From: a virus
Taxonomy: Duplodnaviria > Heunggongvirae > Uroviricota > Caudoviricetes
Virus record (IMG/VR): IMGVR_UViG_2711768004_000012
Length of the DNA: 48,520 nucleotides
Reading direction: 5' to 3' (one strand)
A model generated the notes under the pieces. The model saw only the letters and a program-made list of their open reading frames with translations. It ran no database searches and was not told where the DNA came from. Shown here one piece after another: positions 29,911 to 38,731 of the stretch (position 1 is its first letter; every line of letters starts with the position of its first letter). The position numbers were made by a program, and so were the translations under genes.

Positions 29911-30339
29911 TCAGGGTTTAAAATCCAGCACCCCATTTTGAAATACTTTATATACTTCCGGCGAAGGGGGGGCAGGTATATCAGCATTCTTTATCGCATT
30001 CATCGCTTCACGACATAAATCGAGGTCTCCACTTTCTCTTTTAACCTCCAGTAGAAGGCCATTCGGGGCCATATGCATTCTCAGTGTACACTCTTTTCCT
30101 GAATACTTACTCGCATCCCCGAACTGTTTTTCGATGGCGCTCTTGATTTGATGGGCATACAGACGGATATCCTCACTAACATCAGAAGTACGTTCAGATG
30201 AACTCACATACTGTGTCTCTATTGCTTTATCGGAGTAATATGATGTACGGTCATGATAATTTGTCGATACAGCATCAGTGCACCCGATAATAATCCCACT
30301 AATAATCAACGTAAGAATTGATGCGCTACGAAAACCCAT
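29911..30339 (-). CDS. Lipoprotein with TolA domain III-like C-terminus (closer TolA mimic)
   Basis: 142 aa; signal peptide plus lipobox (IIGC); C-terminus YAHQIKSAIEKQFGDASKYSGKECTLRMHMAPNGLLLEVKRESGDLDLCREAMNAIKNADIPAPPSPEVYKVFQNGVLDFKP closely parallels the E. coli TolA C-terminus as I recall it (YAGQIKSAIESKFYDASSYAGKTCTLRIKLAPDGMLLDIKPEGGDPALCQAA...PSQAVYEVFKNAPLDFKP). Confidence 0.75.
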   Translation of the reverse strand: MGFRSASILTLIISGIIIGCTDAVSTNYHDRTSYYSDKAIETQYVSSSERTSDVSEDIRLYAHQIKSAIEKQFGDASKYSGKECTLRMHMAPNGLLLEVKRESGDLDLCREAMNAIKNADIPAPPSPEVYKVFQNGVLDFKP

Positions 30340-30936
30340 TTTTCCTCACATATGTCATATAGTAAAGGATTATATATACCGTTGTTTTGGACGCTCAAAC
30401 AGCGAATCAGATCAAATAAAACGCACATTTGTTAACATTTACACAAAGTCTGCGTGGGATATTCTGAAAGAATATCCATAATGTGGAGAGAATCTATTGA
30501 AGTGCATGGTGCCGGGTGCCTCCCGGTGAACAAAATGTTCGTGATACCTGTCGGCGACAGAAAAGGTTAATGGTATCACCCCACCGCACAGGGGGATTCA
30601 CCATGCAGGAGTTTTCTTAGCAAACTCACTGCGCGCCCGGCAACTCCCAACCACATAAAATGCGGAGTTTGTGGCATTTATGCATATAACTCGCAGGAAT
30701 TATCTTAAAAAACTGATGTCGATCCGGATTAAAAAGAAGCAGGTCATCATCAGATGACTGGAAAAAAGGAAAACAAAAAATACTCATCATACAGTTTTGA
30801 TTGCAGGGATGAGCCTGCTATGCACAATATGCAGAATATAAGCAAGATAAAAATATGCAGGCATATTATTTCGGATCTTGTTATTAACACAACCTTTTTA
30901 ATAATCATTTGGCATACAATAAACCAGCCCAAAAAG

Positions 30937-30956
30937 AACCGCCTAAACAGGCGGTT
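30937..30956 (-). terminator. Second candidate intrinsic terminator in the Q-to-lysis leader (minus-strand sense)
   Basis: Minus strand: aaccgcc tgttta ggcggtt followed by CTTTTT. Confidence 0.4.
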
Positions 30957-31276
30957 GGTCAATACAAAGGATGCTTCGTCTTTATTATAGTAATCTGAGG
31001 CGTCGGGTGTCTTGTATCAGACAACATATTGTCCCGCTAAACAGCGAATTACAAACCACCCTGCAATGATCTCTCATCTCATTTTATATGAGTTGACGAC
31101 ATCAGGATAACGCATCATCAGCCCCTGCCAAGAAATATCAAAACTCCCGCCAGCAATGTGTTATCACAATATTGTAAAAAAAACACAGCACCGAAACTAT
31201 AACTGGTCTCTGTTATAATTTGGAGCAGAAAGACCAGTTGCCCAACTAGCAGCATTCTCCCCTGCTTTCCTGACGT

Positions 31277-31303
31277 AAAAAAACCGCATTAAGCGGTTTT
31301 TTT
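31277..31303 (-). terminator. Intrinsic terminator downstream of Q (tR'-like; A-run / hairpin / T-run, potentially bidirectional)
   Basis: gtaaaaaaaccgcattaagcggtttttttacg: 7-bp stem aaaccgc / gcggttt flanked by A7 and T7; about 80 nt downstream of the Q stop, as expected for the late-promoter terminator that Q-modified RNAP reads through. Confidence 0.7.
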
Positions 31304-31306
31304 ACG

Positions 31307-31383
31307 ATGTCCATGTCTGCAATCCGCCTCGCGATACAGCTTTGCGAAGCATAGCAAAATTGAAGCAGTTTATACGTAAGAAA
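31307..31383 (-). promoter_or_regulatory. Candidate late promoter (pR'-like) / Q-utilisation region between Q stop and terminator
   Basis: Position only (between Q stop and the tR'-like hairpin); -10-like TATAAA on the minus strand at 31374-31369. No strong consensus identified. Confidence 0.35.
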
Positions 31384-31926
31384 TCAAGCCATTTTCTCAG
31401 CAAATGATTCACGCATGGGAATATATAGGGCATACTCAGCAACAGCTAACCAATTAGCAATCCGTTTTTCGCATGTGCTAAAACACCACTCTGGGTGTGC
31501 ATCATTTAGCAATTCAGCCATTTTGCGCTTAGTCATCCCCCGCCCTTCATAGCGTTGCCGGAGAATGCAAATCAATCCTGGATGCTCTGCCAGCACCTCA
31601 CTTATGACTCGATCAATACATAACGCCTCTGCATCAGTACAATGCGCCAGCCAGCTCTTTTGCTTGCCGTTGATCATCTCTCGCAAAAACGCTTCCAGCT
31701 CAGCTTTCTCTATTCCCGCTTTTTTCATTCTGCGCAGGGCTTCATTAATGGCTGTTTTCGTCAGTTTTTTGGATGCCAACAACTGATTGAACATATTCCC
31801 TGACCTGCCACCGCCAATATACGACCAGCGCCCCCACATACGTAGTTTTCCCTGAATCCAGACACTTTCCAGCGTGGTGAGGCGAAGGTGTTCTCCGCTT
31901 TTTCCTGTATTCGTTGGGTAAATCAT
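31384..31926 (-). CDS. Late-gene antiterminator Q-like protein
   Basis: 180 aa ORF at the end of the nin region, immediately upstream of an intrinsic terminator and the lysis cassette; sequence is not lambda Q-like, so the call rests on position and size. Confidence 0.55.
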   Translation of the reverse strand: MIYPTNTGKSGEHLRLTTLESVWIQGKLRMWGRWSYIGGGRSGNMFNQLLASKKLTKTAINEALRRMKKAGIEKAELEAFLREMINGKQKSWLAHCTDAEALCIDRVISEVLAEHPGLICILRQRYEGRGMTKRKMAELLNDAHPEWCFSTCEKRIANWLAVAEYALYIPMRESFAEKMA

Positions 31927-32213
31927 AAATGACCTTTCTTTCTCCAGATTTCTTGTGTGCGAAAAACCCCTTCAGCATGCATCAGGCGCAATTCTTCTTT
32001 GGTGTAATCGCTGGTTTTTACCCGCCCGTCGATTAGATCGTGGCATGAGCTACAGGCTATCGCCGCCTGCATATCATGTGGTTTTGTCGCTGTTCCGCAC
32101 GTCCCCGCCAGCCTGTAATGCGCCAGCACAGAGGTTTCGGGATTGTGATTGCAGTAGCCAGGGATTCTGATCTGGCACATCTGGCCTTTAGCCGCTTTAC
32201 GTAAATTCACCAT
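31923..32213 (-). CDS. YbcO-like (DUF1364) nin-region protein, Cys/His metal-binding
   Basis: 96 aa with CQIRIPGYCNHNPETSVLAHYR...IACSSCHDLIDGR, resembling DLP12 YbcO-type proteins. Confidence 0.55.
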   Translation of the reverse strand: MVNLRKAAKGQMCQIRIPGYCNHNPETSVLAHYRLAGTCGTATKPHDMQAAIACSSCHDLIDGRVKTSDYTKEELRLMHAEGVFRTQEIWRKKGHL

Positions 32214-32812
32214 TACGCAAACTCCAGTAGTTGTGCGGCCACATTTTCAACTTCCTCCTGAGAGGAGAATTTACGGAACAGAATCCAGTTCCACAGCACA
32301 TTCAGTACAGATTTATAAACCTGCTGAAACTCGACTTCGTCCATATTCGCAAAAGCGATGGATTTTGCCCGACGCCCACGGCTACCGTCCGGATAAATAT
32401 GCTCGGTGTAAAATCCGGCCTGAATGGTTACCCACTCGCGGAAAGCCTCAAACGACTTTAGCAACGCCGTATCCCGGGTTCTACGAGTCGCAACGGTGTT
32501 AAGGTATTGCTCTGCGGCATCACTCAGGGCTGGCGTGTGTTCCCGACCAACTGATTCGCACAGGTAATCAACGAAACCAGACAGCAGTTCTCGTTCGCGA
32601 GGCGTGATCGCCCCACCGACCGGAGTCCAGTAATCGAATCCCAGTTGCAGGAGTTTGAAAAAACGCTTGTGGAATGCGTAGTTACGCACACGCTTAAAGT
32701 CTGCGTGTATCCACTCACCTATTTTGATTTGATGCAGAAAATCGCAACTCTCCGGCGTCGCCGGGAGAAGTAAACCAGAAGAGGTTTGTTTGACCAGTTG
32801 TATATGCGCCAT
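32213..32812 (-). CDS. Nin-region hypothetical protein (DUF1367-like)
   Basis: 199 aa ORF, 1-nt overlap with the downstream gene; phage backbone composition. Confidence 0.5.
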   Translation of the reverse strand: MAHIQLVKQTSSGLLLPATPESCDFLHQIKIGEWIHADFKRVRNYAFHKRFFKLLQLGFDYWTPVGGAITPRERELLSGFVDYLCESVGREHTPALSDAAEQYLNTVATRRTRDTALLKSFEAFREWVTIQAGFYTEHIYPDGSRGRRAKSIAFANMDEVEFQQVYKSVLNVLWNWILFRKFSSQEEVENVAAQLLEFA

Positions 32813-33092
32813 TTCTCAATCTCTCGATGGCGCAGCGCAGCAGATGCCAGTTGTTCAGGCTGACGAATAAAGTATAAATAAACTGGCTATGGTGTAAAGC
32901 CCCACATAGCATGAACAAACACTACATATCAAATAGCTGGTACAAGGATAGAAATACGACACTTATTATTAAAAACGATTAGATAAATTACATTTTAATG
33001 TTATGCAAAAGTTCTTTTTTATCATAACATTTCAATAAAAGCATTACAGATGCAATCATCCCGTCATCATCAATTATTTAAGGTGGTTAAAC

Positions 33093-33179
33093 ATGGAAAA
33101 TAACAAGTTCGCACATCTCGCTCCTTTTTTATCCGTAATCCTTTTCGCTTGTTGTTTTATATGGGCATTATTTTTATAA
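33093..33179 (+). CDS. Candidate small hydrophobic peptide (28 aa) MENNKFAHLAPFLSVILFACCFIWALFL
   Basis: ATG preceded by strong SD AAGGTGG at 33080-33086 with 6-nt spacing; single predicted TM helix; inside the AT-rich island. Confidence 0.35.
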   Translation: MENNKFAHLAPFLSVILFACCFIWALFL

Positions 33180-33587
33180 AGTAGCCACATGATAAGTTGC
33201 TGGAATCATATTTCCCACTCAAGTCATTAACATTTGATAAGATATATCTAAAAGGACGCCTTTACATTATTTATGCGTATATAATTTATTTATATACACA
33301 GTAAAGGTATCCTGGGAAAATATTTATCGTTAAAAAATACATCATAAATAATTAAGCTGAAATTTCAGAACACAACTAATACACACAATAAGGTTCAGTA
33401 ACAGTAATCTATGTGGACTACATCGAGATTTTTTGATTAAACTTTAATAACTTATTCCTAACACACAGAATGCATAAACTAAAAGTAAAACAAATAGTTA
33501 TACGAAAAACAACCATATTTATTCTATCTTCTCCTCTAATCAACATATCAATTATGTGTTTCATAACAGCTTGACATAACCCTCCAA

Positions 33588-33610
33588 AAGATGCATTTTT
33601 AATGCATGTT
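33588..33610 (+). promoter_or_regulatory. NsrR-type operator-like inverted repeat upstream of the yeaR-like gene
   Basis: aagATGCATttttaATGCATgtt: first half AAGATGCATTT is identical to the NsrR half-site consensus as I recall it; ATGCAT-based 11-1-11 palindrome; a perfect TTGACA lies at 33571-33576. Confidence 0.5.
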
Positions 33611-33625
33611 TTGGAGGAGGTGGTT

Positions 33626-33964
33626 ATGACACACAAGAGAATTCCTAAAGATTGGGTAATCAAACGCTCAACTCCGTTCTTCACAAAAGAGAACGTACCT
33701 TCAGCGTTATTAACACATCATAATACAGCAGCAGGTGTTTTTGGGCAGTTGTGCGTAATGGAAGGCACTGTAACATATTATGGTTTTACTGATGAGAATG
33801 CTACTGAACCGGAGATAAAAGTAGTCATTAATGCTGGCGCTTTTGCAACAAGCCCACCACAATACTGGCACCGTGTTGAACTAAGCGATGATGCTCAGTT
33901 TAATATTAACTTTTGGGTCGCTCCAGACTTTTCGGGCGAAAAAGTCTATAGCACCAAAAAATAG
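33626..33964 (+). CDS. YeaR-like DUF1971 protein (moron)
   Basis: 112 aa MTHKRIPKDWVIKRSTPFFTKENVPSALLTHHNTAAGVFGQLCVMEGTVTYYGF...FNINFWVAP parallels E. coli YeaR (…RSTPFWNK…MHGAVKYLGY…YFNIDFFVAP); strong SD GGAGGAGGTGG upstream. Confidence 0.7.
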   Translation: MTHKRIPKDWVIKRSTPFFTKENVPSALLTHHNTAAGVFGQLCVMEGTVTYYGFTDENATEPEIKVVINAGAFATSPPQYWHRVELSDDAQFNINFWVAPDFSGEKVYSTKK

Positions 33965-33993
33965 ATGATCATATTAAAAATGCTTTAACAGTC

Positions 33994-34031
33994 AGACCCG
34001 GCAGGGCTATCCCCGACGGGTCTCATTTTTG
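33994..34031 (+). terminator. Candidate terminator after the yeaR-like gene
   Basis: agacccg...cgggtct inverted repeat followed by cattttt; the loop is long (16 nt), so strength is uncertain. Confidence 0.4.
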
Positions 34032-34584
34032 TAAATATATTGGTTCTACATTGACAGGAGACTTCAACCATAAGAAGTAATCTGAATACTTGAGCAATAA
34101 ATTTACTTAAGATTAATGAGCGCACCTTGCCGGACAAAGATAAACCAAGGTAACACCTTTTTTCTAGCCAGTATGTAATCAATCAGAAAGCCGCTCCATA
34201 AGAACAACAGCAAGACAATAAATTGCCATTACAGCCGCAATAGCCAGCGCACATTTGAGAACCAGCACGACAACCCCCTGTATTAGACGCACACCAGTCC
34301 TGATAAATATGAGGCTGTCTCGTCAGTGATTCAATACAACTATTGGGTATAGTTTCTGTGATTTTATTCTGTAGAAATGGAACACAACAACCAGTCACCA
34401 CCAGCACTTCCTTAAATGCTCTAAGTCAGAAACAAGCCAACATTTTAGTCCGCTTTGAGCGATCTGCAGACATTGCTAGCAGCCTTCTGTGTGAATTCTC
34501 AGGGAGCAGGTCGGCATAGCATCACGTTGAGGCTCTTACCCTACTTGTTCACACCAACCCTAACTCCACAGACTGATTCATAAA

Positions 34585-35586
34585 TTAGTAATCTGCGTGT
34601 TTCGCACTTTTCAGAAATGCTTTCATATTTTCATTAGGTCGCTCAATTTCGAAGTTACTTCCATATAACTCTTGTAATTTTGGCCATAACTTACTTAATA
34701 ACCCTCTCCTGCGATAAAATGGATGTATCCAAACGGTAGATAGGTACGGAGAATTTGCATTTGAATTGTTTATTGTGACCAGCCCAACTAAACATTGTCG
34801 ATAACCACTATTATCCATTGATTGTATTTCTTCGACGAATGGATACGCGATTACATCAGTCCAACCATGATCGGTTGTATCCCATTGCATTCCGTCATGA
34901 CATTCCTTCGACTGATAGCGGCGTAAAGCTACACACGCGAGCTTTTGCCAATCTGGAGAATTAATTGTGATCTCTTCATCGTATGACGCGCCTATTGGAG
35001 CGGGTATTGGTCTGATTAATCCAGCATGGCATTCATCATAGAACTTCATGTTTCCCTCAGAAACGTTGTGTACGTTGGGTTGCTCCATGTGTGCGCCATT
35101 CAAAAATAGCTCTGATAGTAGTGTATCTACACTGTAATCTTTATTGATTATTGTCGGCTTAGAGTTTTTCTTATTAAGGCCGCGAGTAACGATTTTTTGA
35201 TCAATGTTAACAACATGGAATAATCCGTCGGGGAGGCTAGCGAACCACGATGGGGCATCGGACCAGAATAGCATGCCTTTTGTACTTCTTAAGAGTTTAA
35301 TTAAGTTAATACAAGCTTCTTCACTAGTCTTGCCGTTGATGCGAAGTATGTTAGGACTAAAGTAATATTCATCCATATCAGGGAATGCAGCTTCGCAAAA
35401 CTCCTGTACATAATTTAGCACCTGGATTCTACAGAGATCATCATAGCTGGTAATAACTAAGGGGGTATCTTCATTACTATTATGATTATCAATAATGCAA
35501 TCTATAGCGAGACTTACTGCTTTGCGTATCACTTCAGTTGAATCTAACGACTCTAAAAATTTTGTCTTTCGTGTGCGAATATCCAT
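34585..35586 (-). CDS. Hypothetical protein with GNAT-like acetyltransferase C-terminal domain
   Basis: 333 aa; C-terminus ...CLVGLVTINNSNANSPYLSTVWIHPFYRRRGLLSKLWPKL... fits GNAT motif A (beta strand then R-x-x-G-x-hydrophobic); AT-rich; 15 nt downstream of the preceding gene (operon). Confidence 0.5.
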   Translation of the reverse strand: MDIRTRKTKFLESLDSTEVIRKAVSLAIDCIIDNHNSNEDTPLVITSYDDLCRIQVLNYVQEFCEAAFPDMDEYYFSPNILRINGKTSEEACINLIKLLRSTKGMLFWSDAPSWFASLPDGLFHVVNIDQKIVTRGLNKKNSKPTIINKDYSVDTLLSELFLNGAHMEQPNVHNVSEGNMKFYDECHAGLIRPIPAPIGASYDEEITINSPDWQKLACVALRRYQSKECHDGMQWDTTDHGWTDVIAYPFVEEIQSMDNSGYRQCLVGLVTINNSNANSPYLSTVWIHPFYRRRGLLSKLWPKLQELYGSNFEIERPNENMKAFLKSAKHADY

Positions 35587-35601
35587 GTATGACCTGCGCT
35601 A

Positions 35602-36562
35602 TTAAAATTCATGAATGAACGGTTTGTCATCTGGTTGCAAAATGGTGGTTTTATTCGTTGCTACATTTAAACTGTTGTAGAGCATAATTGCCAGGTTCGA
35701 TGCATTTTCAATCAGCGTTTCAAGATCCTGGTCTGTAATCACTACGAGGTTCCCTTCTTTATCCTTTCCACCACGATGCACTAAGTGATTTCGATTGAGG
35801 GTTGCCAATTCAATAGCTTCTATCGGACAGTCTTTTTGTACTTTTATATCGAATGTAGCTTCATAGCGGTCGATTACCTTTTTAGTGCTATGCCAGCTTG
35901 CACTGATCAAGTGTTCCTTGATTGACCTGATTAGCTCTCCCCTAATTTTCTCGATGGGTTCACCCTTGAAAGGCAACGCAGCAATATCTTTGCTTACTTT
36001 AAATTCAGTCTTACCTTTTTCTATACAATTGGCTATGTAGACATCATCTTTCTCTATAGAATTAATGAATAGCTCAACATAAAGCGTTTCCAAAGCTGTA
36101 ATAACATTCGTGTAGAGCAAACTAAGCAAGTGGTTTTTTTGCTGTTGTTCAGTTTTATCTTTTGCAAGTTTTTTTATTTTATCGATATTATCAATGAATT
36201 TTAAATACGGATTACCGGAAGACGTTACAGCGTCGTAGATATCATCATCGTACCAATCATCTATATTATTTGAGTTTCCAGACCAGTCAAAACATTGTGT
36301 TTGTAATTCATCTACTAATTCCTCAATATACTCAGATTTAACATATTGACCGAAGATGGATTGTAGTTCTTCGCTCGCATCATACGGCCCGCCATATATG
36401 TAAGCATAGCCACCTTCTCTACTTTCATACGGACAAGCATTTGCCGGATCTTCAAAGTTTTCAAAGAACCAGTTTTTCATTACTTCGAGTTGATCTTTTT
36501 TGCTTATGTATTTTAAAGATTTTAGTGGAACTTTCTTTCCATTAACCTCGAAAACAATTTTC
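35602..36562 (-). CDS. Hypothetical protein with HEPN-like R-N-x3-H motif (probable GTG start; ORF track extends to 36693)
   Basis: About 320 aa; C-terminal region ...ELATLNRNHLVHRGG... contains R-N-H-L-V-H (Rx4H); SD AAGGGAG before GTG AAA ATT; AT-rich; first gene of a two-gene operon. Confidence 0.45.
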
Positions 36563-36762
36563 ACGATGTAACGCTCCCTTGTATCAATTGCGCAACTATT
36601 ATACCACAGCGAAATACAGGGCATAACCTGCCTCCTTAAACTAACATACCATGAGCCAGCAATGTCCGCTATTGGCACAAAGCGGACAACCACGCTAGCT
36701 CTCCCCTGTGCCAGAAAAATGTCAATTTACATATGAACTAATGCTCTTTGATCTAGTAACGT

Positions 36763-37179
36763 CTATAAATACCGAAGATTTCCTTGATAAAATGCCAGTA
36801 CACGTTTCATAACTTCACTCTTCCGGCACTCGCGACAGATTATGTTCTGACGCCTGTCATAGCGGCGTATTTCTCCGTCTGGTAATGACCAGATAAGGTC
36901 AGGATCAACCACAACCGTTTTTTTCACCTTTGCCCTGGATAGTTTTTTGCGGGCGTTTTTCCAATCCTTACGAGCCTGTTCAGACGGGAATAACCCATAG
37001 CCAGAGTTGTATACATCGCCACTGGCAACCAACTCTCTGGCAAGAATGCTCATCAGATATCTTGTCGCACCTGTCTTGGCCTCCAGTTGCCTTAACGTCT
37101 CGCGCCCACTCTGGCGTACCAACTCAACAACCTGCTCCTTAATTTTTTCACGCTCTTCCTGTGTAAAAACTTTTGCCAT
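36763..37179 (-). CDS. Hypothetical protein with HTH-like region and CxxC (CRECRK)
   Basis: ORF starting MAKVFTQEEREKIKEQVVELVRQSGRETLRQLEAKTGATRY...; backbone GC content; lies between the replication module and the AT-rich cassette. Confidence 0.45.
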   Translation of the reverse strand: MAKVFTQEEREKIKEQVVELVRQSGRETLRQLEAKTGATRYLMSILARELVASGDVYNSGYGLFPSEQARKDWKNARKKLSRAKVKKTVVVDPDLIWSLPDGEIRRYDRRQNIICRECRKSEVMKRVLAFYQGNLRYL

Positions 37180-37194
37180 AAGCGCCTCCGGCAA

Positions 37195-37956
37195 TCACTT
37201 TTCCGACACAATACGACTGGAGGAATCGACAATCTGTCGGACAATATCCCGGTGCTTGTTCAGCTCCCGCAGCGCGGCGCAGACTCGCTCCCACTTCTGG
37301 ACATGATTTTTCGCCCGACGCAGTTCGCGGTTTGCCATATGCAGCGATGGTAAAACTAGGTCATCCGCTTGCGTTTCAGTAAACGATGGCAGCGACTGCA
37401 CAATGTCCGCCACAGTTTCTGTTTTAATATCTTCCTGTGTTGCCGCTTCCTGTACTGGTAACGCAACACCGGCTGGCTGAGGAAAGGCTTTACCATCAGT
37501 TTCCGCTACCGATGCAGCTTTCGGCTCTGCTGGTAAATTATCGCCCGGCATGCAGTAACGAAATTTACTGTTCTGGTTTACGCGAATCAGGCGTCCTTTG
37601 CTGATTGCCATTGCCAGCGTTGAAGCAACTTTGCGGGATGTTGTACCGAACAGCGTAGCCAGTTCATCCGCCGTTTGTGGTCCGCGTTGTTCAATCGTCG
37701 CGGTTAAATCGCACTCTGAGATTTTCACTACAGTTGCCGTGGTGGTTTCTTCCGGCAGTTCTGCCTGCATTGGCTGTTCCTGCTGAACGTTGTTATCAGC
37801 CACACGCCAGGTGTACGCGCTTTTATCAACGAAACCAGCTTTTTTCAGTTCCCATAGTTCGTTCAGCACTTCTTCACGACTGATATCAAGTCGCGCAGCA
37901 AGTTCTATGGATGTGGCTTTTCCCATTGCTTTCAGTGCGTCAAAAACAGTCTCCAT
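37195..37956 (-). CDS. YdaW-like replication-module protein (winged-helix N-terminus)
   Basis: [43 protein letters not shown]...; downstream of the DnaC-like gene as in Rac. Confidence 0.5.
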   Translation of the reverse strand: METVFDALKAMGKATSIELAARLDISREEVLNELWELKKAGFVDKSAYTWRVADNNVQQEQPMQAELPEETTTATVVKISECDLTATIEQRGPQTADELATLFGTTSRKVASTLAMAISKGRLIRVNQNSKFRYCMPGDNLPAEPKAASVAETDGKAFPQPAGVALPVQEAATQEDIKTETVADIVQSLPSFTETQADDLVLPSLHMANRELRRAKNHVQKWERVCAALRELNKHRDIVRQIVDSSSRIVSEK

Positions 37957-37978
37957 AAAAATTTCCTCCCGGTAAAAA

Positions 37979-38725
37979 TTACTTCTCAATTCCTGGCTGG
38001 ACGACATTCGGACGCCAGCTCTCCCAGTTAAAATTCACCCATCGCCCGCCGTTCATGGTCATGCGATCCATAATCCGCTCGCCGAGCAATGTTTTCATGG
38101 CCTCATAGTTCAGGTTTGTCAGCATCCCCACGCTGCGCATCGACGCTGTCCGGCGATCAACAATCTGGTGCAGCACCACCTGCTCGTTTTTCGTCTCGCG
38201 CTGAATGCCAATTTCATCAAGAACCAGCAGATCCACTTCGCATAGTTCCCGCAAAAATTTTTCGCCTGACTGCCCATCGTCATAGCTGGCGTGCAGGGCA
38301 CTCATAACATCAGCCACGGTAACCACAATCACTGTCTGACCGTCTTTCAGCAGGCGATTCCCGATAGCTGCCGCTAAGTGGTTCTTCCCGGTACCAGGTT
38401 TTCCGCTGAACGCAAAATTTGTACACCCGGTCATCAGTTCATCAGCGATGGATTTCGCCTGACTCAACGCGTATCGCTGCGCTTCGTTCTGCACCTGGTA
38501 ATTCGAAAACGAGCATTTGCGGTGCAATGGCTGGATGCCAGAGCGATTCAGAATTTTTTCCACCCGCAACTGACGATTCTGACGGTTGATCTCCTCACAA
38601 CGTTTCTGGCCTTCGGAAAGTTGCCACTCGCGCCACTCCGCTACCGTCTTGAATGGCGCGGTTACATGTGACGGGGCCAGTCTGCGGATACGTTCAAGAA
38701 CGTCGCCTGTCGCAATATTTTTCAT
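37979..38725 (-). CDS. DnaC/IstB-like helicase loader ATPase (YdaV-like)
   Basis: 248 aa with Walker [18 protein letters not shown] and Walker B LLVLDEIG. Confidence 0.8.
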   Translation of the reverse strand: MKNIATGDVLERIRRLAPSHVTAPFKTVAEWREWQLSEGQKRCEEINRQNRQLRVEKILNRSGIQPLHRKCSFSNYQVQNEAQRYALSQAKSIADELMTGCTNFAFSGKPGTGKNHLAAAIGNRLLKDGQTVIVVTVADVMSALHASYDDGQSGEKFLRELCEVDLLVLDEIGIQRETKNEQVVLHQIVDRRTASMRSVGMLTNLNYEAMKTLLGERIMDRMTMNGGRWVNFNWESWRPNVVQPGIEK

Positions 38726-38731
38726 GGTCAG

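Noticed and set aside
30750-30990. Two overlapping opposite-strand ORFs in the AT-rich leader (30750-30962 minus; 30754-30990 plus)
   Set aside because: AT-rich low-complexity translations, no RBS, and they overlap a hairpin/T-run; more likely non-coding leader than genes.
30340-31383. Possible tRNA genes between Q and the lysis cassette, as found in some Stx phages
   Set aside because: No cloverleaf-like arrangement or conserved T-loop (GTTCRANYC) or D-loop motifs seen by eye; a tRNAscan run would be needed to be sure.
34183-34407. Cysteine-rich 74-aa ORF that could be taken for a microcin-like peptide
   Set aside because: Uses a non-ATG start in the track, has no RBS and no signal/leader features; treated as non-coding pending transcript evidence.
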